The notes under the pieces are model-generated. The model was not told the DNA's origin. It did no database searches and was given only the letters and a program-made list of their open reading frames with translations. 64,000 nt of DNA from a virus: positions 6,748 through 70,747 of IMG/VR virus record IMGVR_UViG_3300045988_098233; one strand, written 5' to 3'. Below are positions 62,714 through 64,000 of this stretch, one piece after another. Both the position numbers and the translations under genes were made by a program. Position 1 is the stretch's first letter; every line of letters starts with the position of its first letter.

Positions 62714-63613
62714 TCAGTCGGTGGTTTTGGTGTAGCGCATAAGCGCCACGGTAGCATTCGCTGACTGATCGCTAACGCCAGATGCGGATTGGAGGAAAAC
62801 ATTAACACCGTCAGCTCCGATAGTATATTTTTCTACAAACGGGACCGTATTCCCGTTGCTCATCCGTGCCGTTATACTAACTGGATAGCAGTTGCTTATG
62901 CCATGAGCAACCTGACGCGAATTGCCAGGGGGTGGGAATTTGCCGCAATCTATTAGCCTGCAATACACCGGCTTTCCGAGATACCGCTCCATAGTTTTGT
63001 ATTCCACGCCAAGCAGCATGGGTGGGTTTTGGTATTCCATCACGGCCGCAAGCGTCTCCCCGCTCGGGAGCGTATCATCTGTGGAAATAAATGTCGGAGT
63101 AGTCAGTGTAATCGGATTGTGTCCGCAATTGCAGAGTTGCAAGTTCCAATCATTTTTGCCCGTTCCCGATACGTAGAGGTCCAAAGCTAACGTGCTTCCG
63201 TCGACTTTTACAAGACGAGCATTGGAAATATATGGCACGCTATTGATTTGGCCAACGCTCCTCAAACATTGGAGTTTTCCATGCGTATCGGGTGCCGAAG
63301 ATACGCCTAAGAGCAACTCGGACGCGCCTCCGTTCGCCCATGCATGGGATACTGTGAGATACCCGCTTGTGTTGTATTGAACGAATGGCTCCGTGATTCG
63401 ATACCAGCCGATTTGCCCACCAGCACTTTCTGCAACTAAAAACTGTCCGTTTAACGCGGAAATATTTCCCCTCGCCTGGGCCTTCTCTTTATTGGAAAGA
63501 TTCTGCGGCGTGACACTGATTGCATCGGCAATGCCCTGCTCGATCTTGTTGAGATGTTCCGCGTCAATCGGAGGAAATTCTCCGTTCTTCCAGACTGTCG
63601 GTGTGTATGCCAT
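62714..63613 (-). CDS. tail fibre / receptor-binding protein, cassette B
   Basis: Same N-terminus MAYTPTVWKNGEFPPIDAEHLNKIEQGI, different C-part. Shares the NPPM(Q/L)LG(T/V)EY(R/K)T(T/M)ERYLGKPVY block with cassette A. Confidence 0.7.
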   Translation of the reverse strand: MAYTPTVWKNGEFPPIDAEHLNKIEQGIADAISVTPQNLSNKEKAQARGNISALNGQFLVAESAGGQIGWYRITEPFVQYNTSGYLTVSHAWANGGASELLLGVSSAPDTHGKLQCLRSVGQINSVPYISNARLVKVDGSTLALDLYVSGTGKNDWNLQLCNCGHNPITLTTPTFISTDDTLPSGETLAAVMEYQNPPMLLGVEYKTMERYLGKPVYCRLIDCGKFPPPGNSRQVAHGISNCYPVSITARMSNGNTVPFVEKYTIGADGVNVFLQSASGVSDQSANATVALMRYTKTTD

Positions 63614-63649
63614 ATCAGCCACGCTCCTTCCCGGCCAAACTATCGGCCG
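63527..63649 (-). repeat. inverted repeat, right arm (crossover site 2 at 63635-63648)
   Basis: Reverse complement of 61647-61769. Confidence 0.8.
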
Positions 63650-63679
63650 TTTGGACGCAACGCAAAAAGGAACGCACGG

Positions 63680-63817
63680 TCAATCCGTGCGCTCCACGTA
63701 CAGGGCTTCCGCTCTGCGCTGTGCGTCCAGCAGGTCTGCTTTCAGCCGATCCAGTTCTTCAATGGCTTCCGTAATGGCGTGAAACAAGCAGAGGTATTCC
63801 GGGGTCAGATGCTCCAT
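63680..63817 (-). CDS. small coiled-coil protein inside the site2-site3 segment
   Basis: My translation is MEHLTPEYLCLFHAITEAIEELDRLKADLLDAQRRAEALYVERTD. AAAGGAGGGG RBS. Confidence 0.45.
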   Translation of the reverse strand: MEHLTPEYLCLFHAITEAIEELDRLKADLLDAQRRAEALYVERTD

Positions 63818-63923
63818 ATCGTCCCCTCCTTTCTGCGGTCAGTGTACCACGTACACCGTGTCGAAAAAGCGGGAAATCCGGCGGTGAGCAGAAAACTTTT
63901 TTCATCAACCGTTGCGCCTAAAT

Positions 63924-63937
63924 GGCCGATAGTTTGG
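63924..63937 (+). repeat. crossover site 3 (GGCCGATAGTTTGG)
   Basis: Third exact copy of the 14-mer, preceded by the shared GTTGCG block, 10 nt upstream of the next fibre ATG. Confidence 0.6.
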
Positions 63938-63947
63938 AGGTGGCGTA

Positions 63948-64000
63948 ATGGCTTACGAAAAAACCGTGTGGGCCAACGGTCAGGCCCCGGCGCTGGATGC
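63948..64000 (+). CDS. tail fibre cassette C, N-terminal fragment (runs off right edge)
   Basis: MAYEKTVWANGQAPALDA parallels the N-termini of cassettes A and B. Confidence 0.6.
   Translation, partial: MAYEKTVWANGQAPALD

Overview
The whole 64-kb window looks like one high-GC (my estimate, not computed) temperate tailed-phage genome segment, either a prophage or an unintegrated genome. I see no clearly cellular housekeeping block. Family names come from motif recognition by eye, not from searches.

Layout:
- 1-22.2 kb (minus): virion/lysis operon. Order is terS-like, terL, portal, protease/scaffold-like, capsid, an embedded holin/endolysin cassette, then tail genes up to a tape-measure gene that runs off the left edge.
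- 22.2-23.5 kb: solo IS605-family tnpB insertion with lower GC.
- 23.6-37.9 kb (minus): early genes. These include XRE regulators, two Lar-like proteins, a GNAT-like protein, a PAPS-reductase-like protein, a C5 DNA methyltransferase, DUF1064, a G39P-like loader, a replisome organiser, SSB, RecT, DUF1351, YqaJ exonuclease, an SLT transglycosylase and a Bro/KilAC antirepressor.
- 37.9-40.95 kb: lysogeny switch, CI-like repressor, membrane-anchored XRE, tyrosine integrase and an attP-like site carrying a tRNA 3' end mimic.
- 41-46.3 kb (minus): ASCH, DUF4406, two amino-methyltransferases and an ORF-free, repeat-rich stretch of about 1 kb.
- 46.4-54.8 kb (plus): many small ORFs, a DUF3560 polyvalent protein and a clamp-like protein.
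- 54.8-56.1 kb: RNA-gene island.
- 56.1-61.5 kb: HU, small ORFs, RHH regulator, divergent cysteine desulfurase, tyrosine recombinase and serine invertase.
- 61.6-64 kb: alternative tail-fibre cassettes flanked by invertase crossover sites.

Most interesting signals:
1. A non-canonical 8/4-type long-variable-arm tRNA-like gene, plus three tandem modules sharing one acceptor stem, in the RNA island.
2. Two homologous, hairpin-rich intergenic elements that bracket the lysis cassette inside the virion operon.
3. Three copies of a conserved-loop hairpin fused to intrinsic terminators inside operons.
4. A single in-frame TAG in terL, downstream of the only good RBS.
5. A circularly permuted C5 methyltransferase.
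6. A multi-site invertible tail-fibre switch.
7. A stop-codon-associated CTGAACAG octamer.
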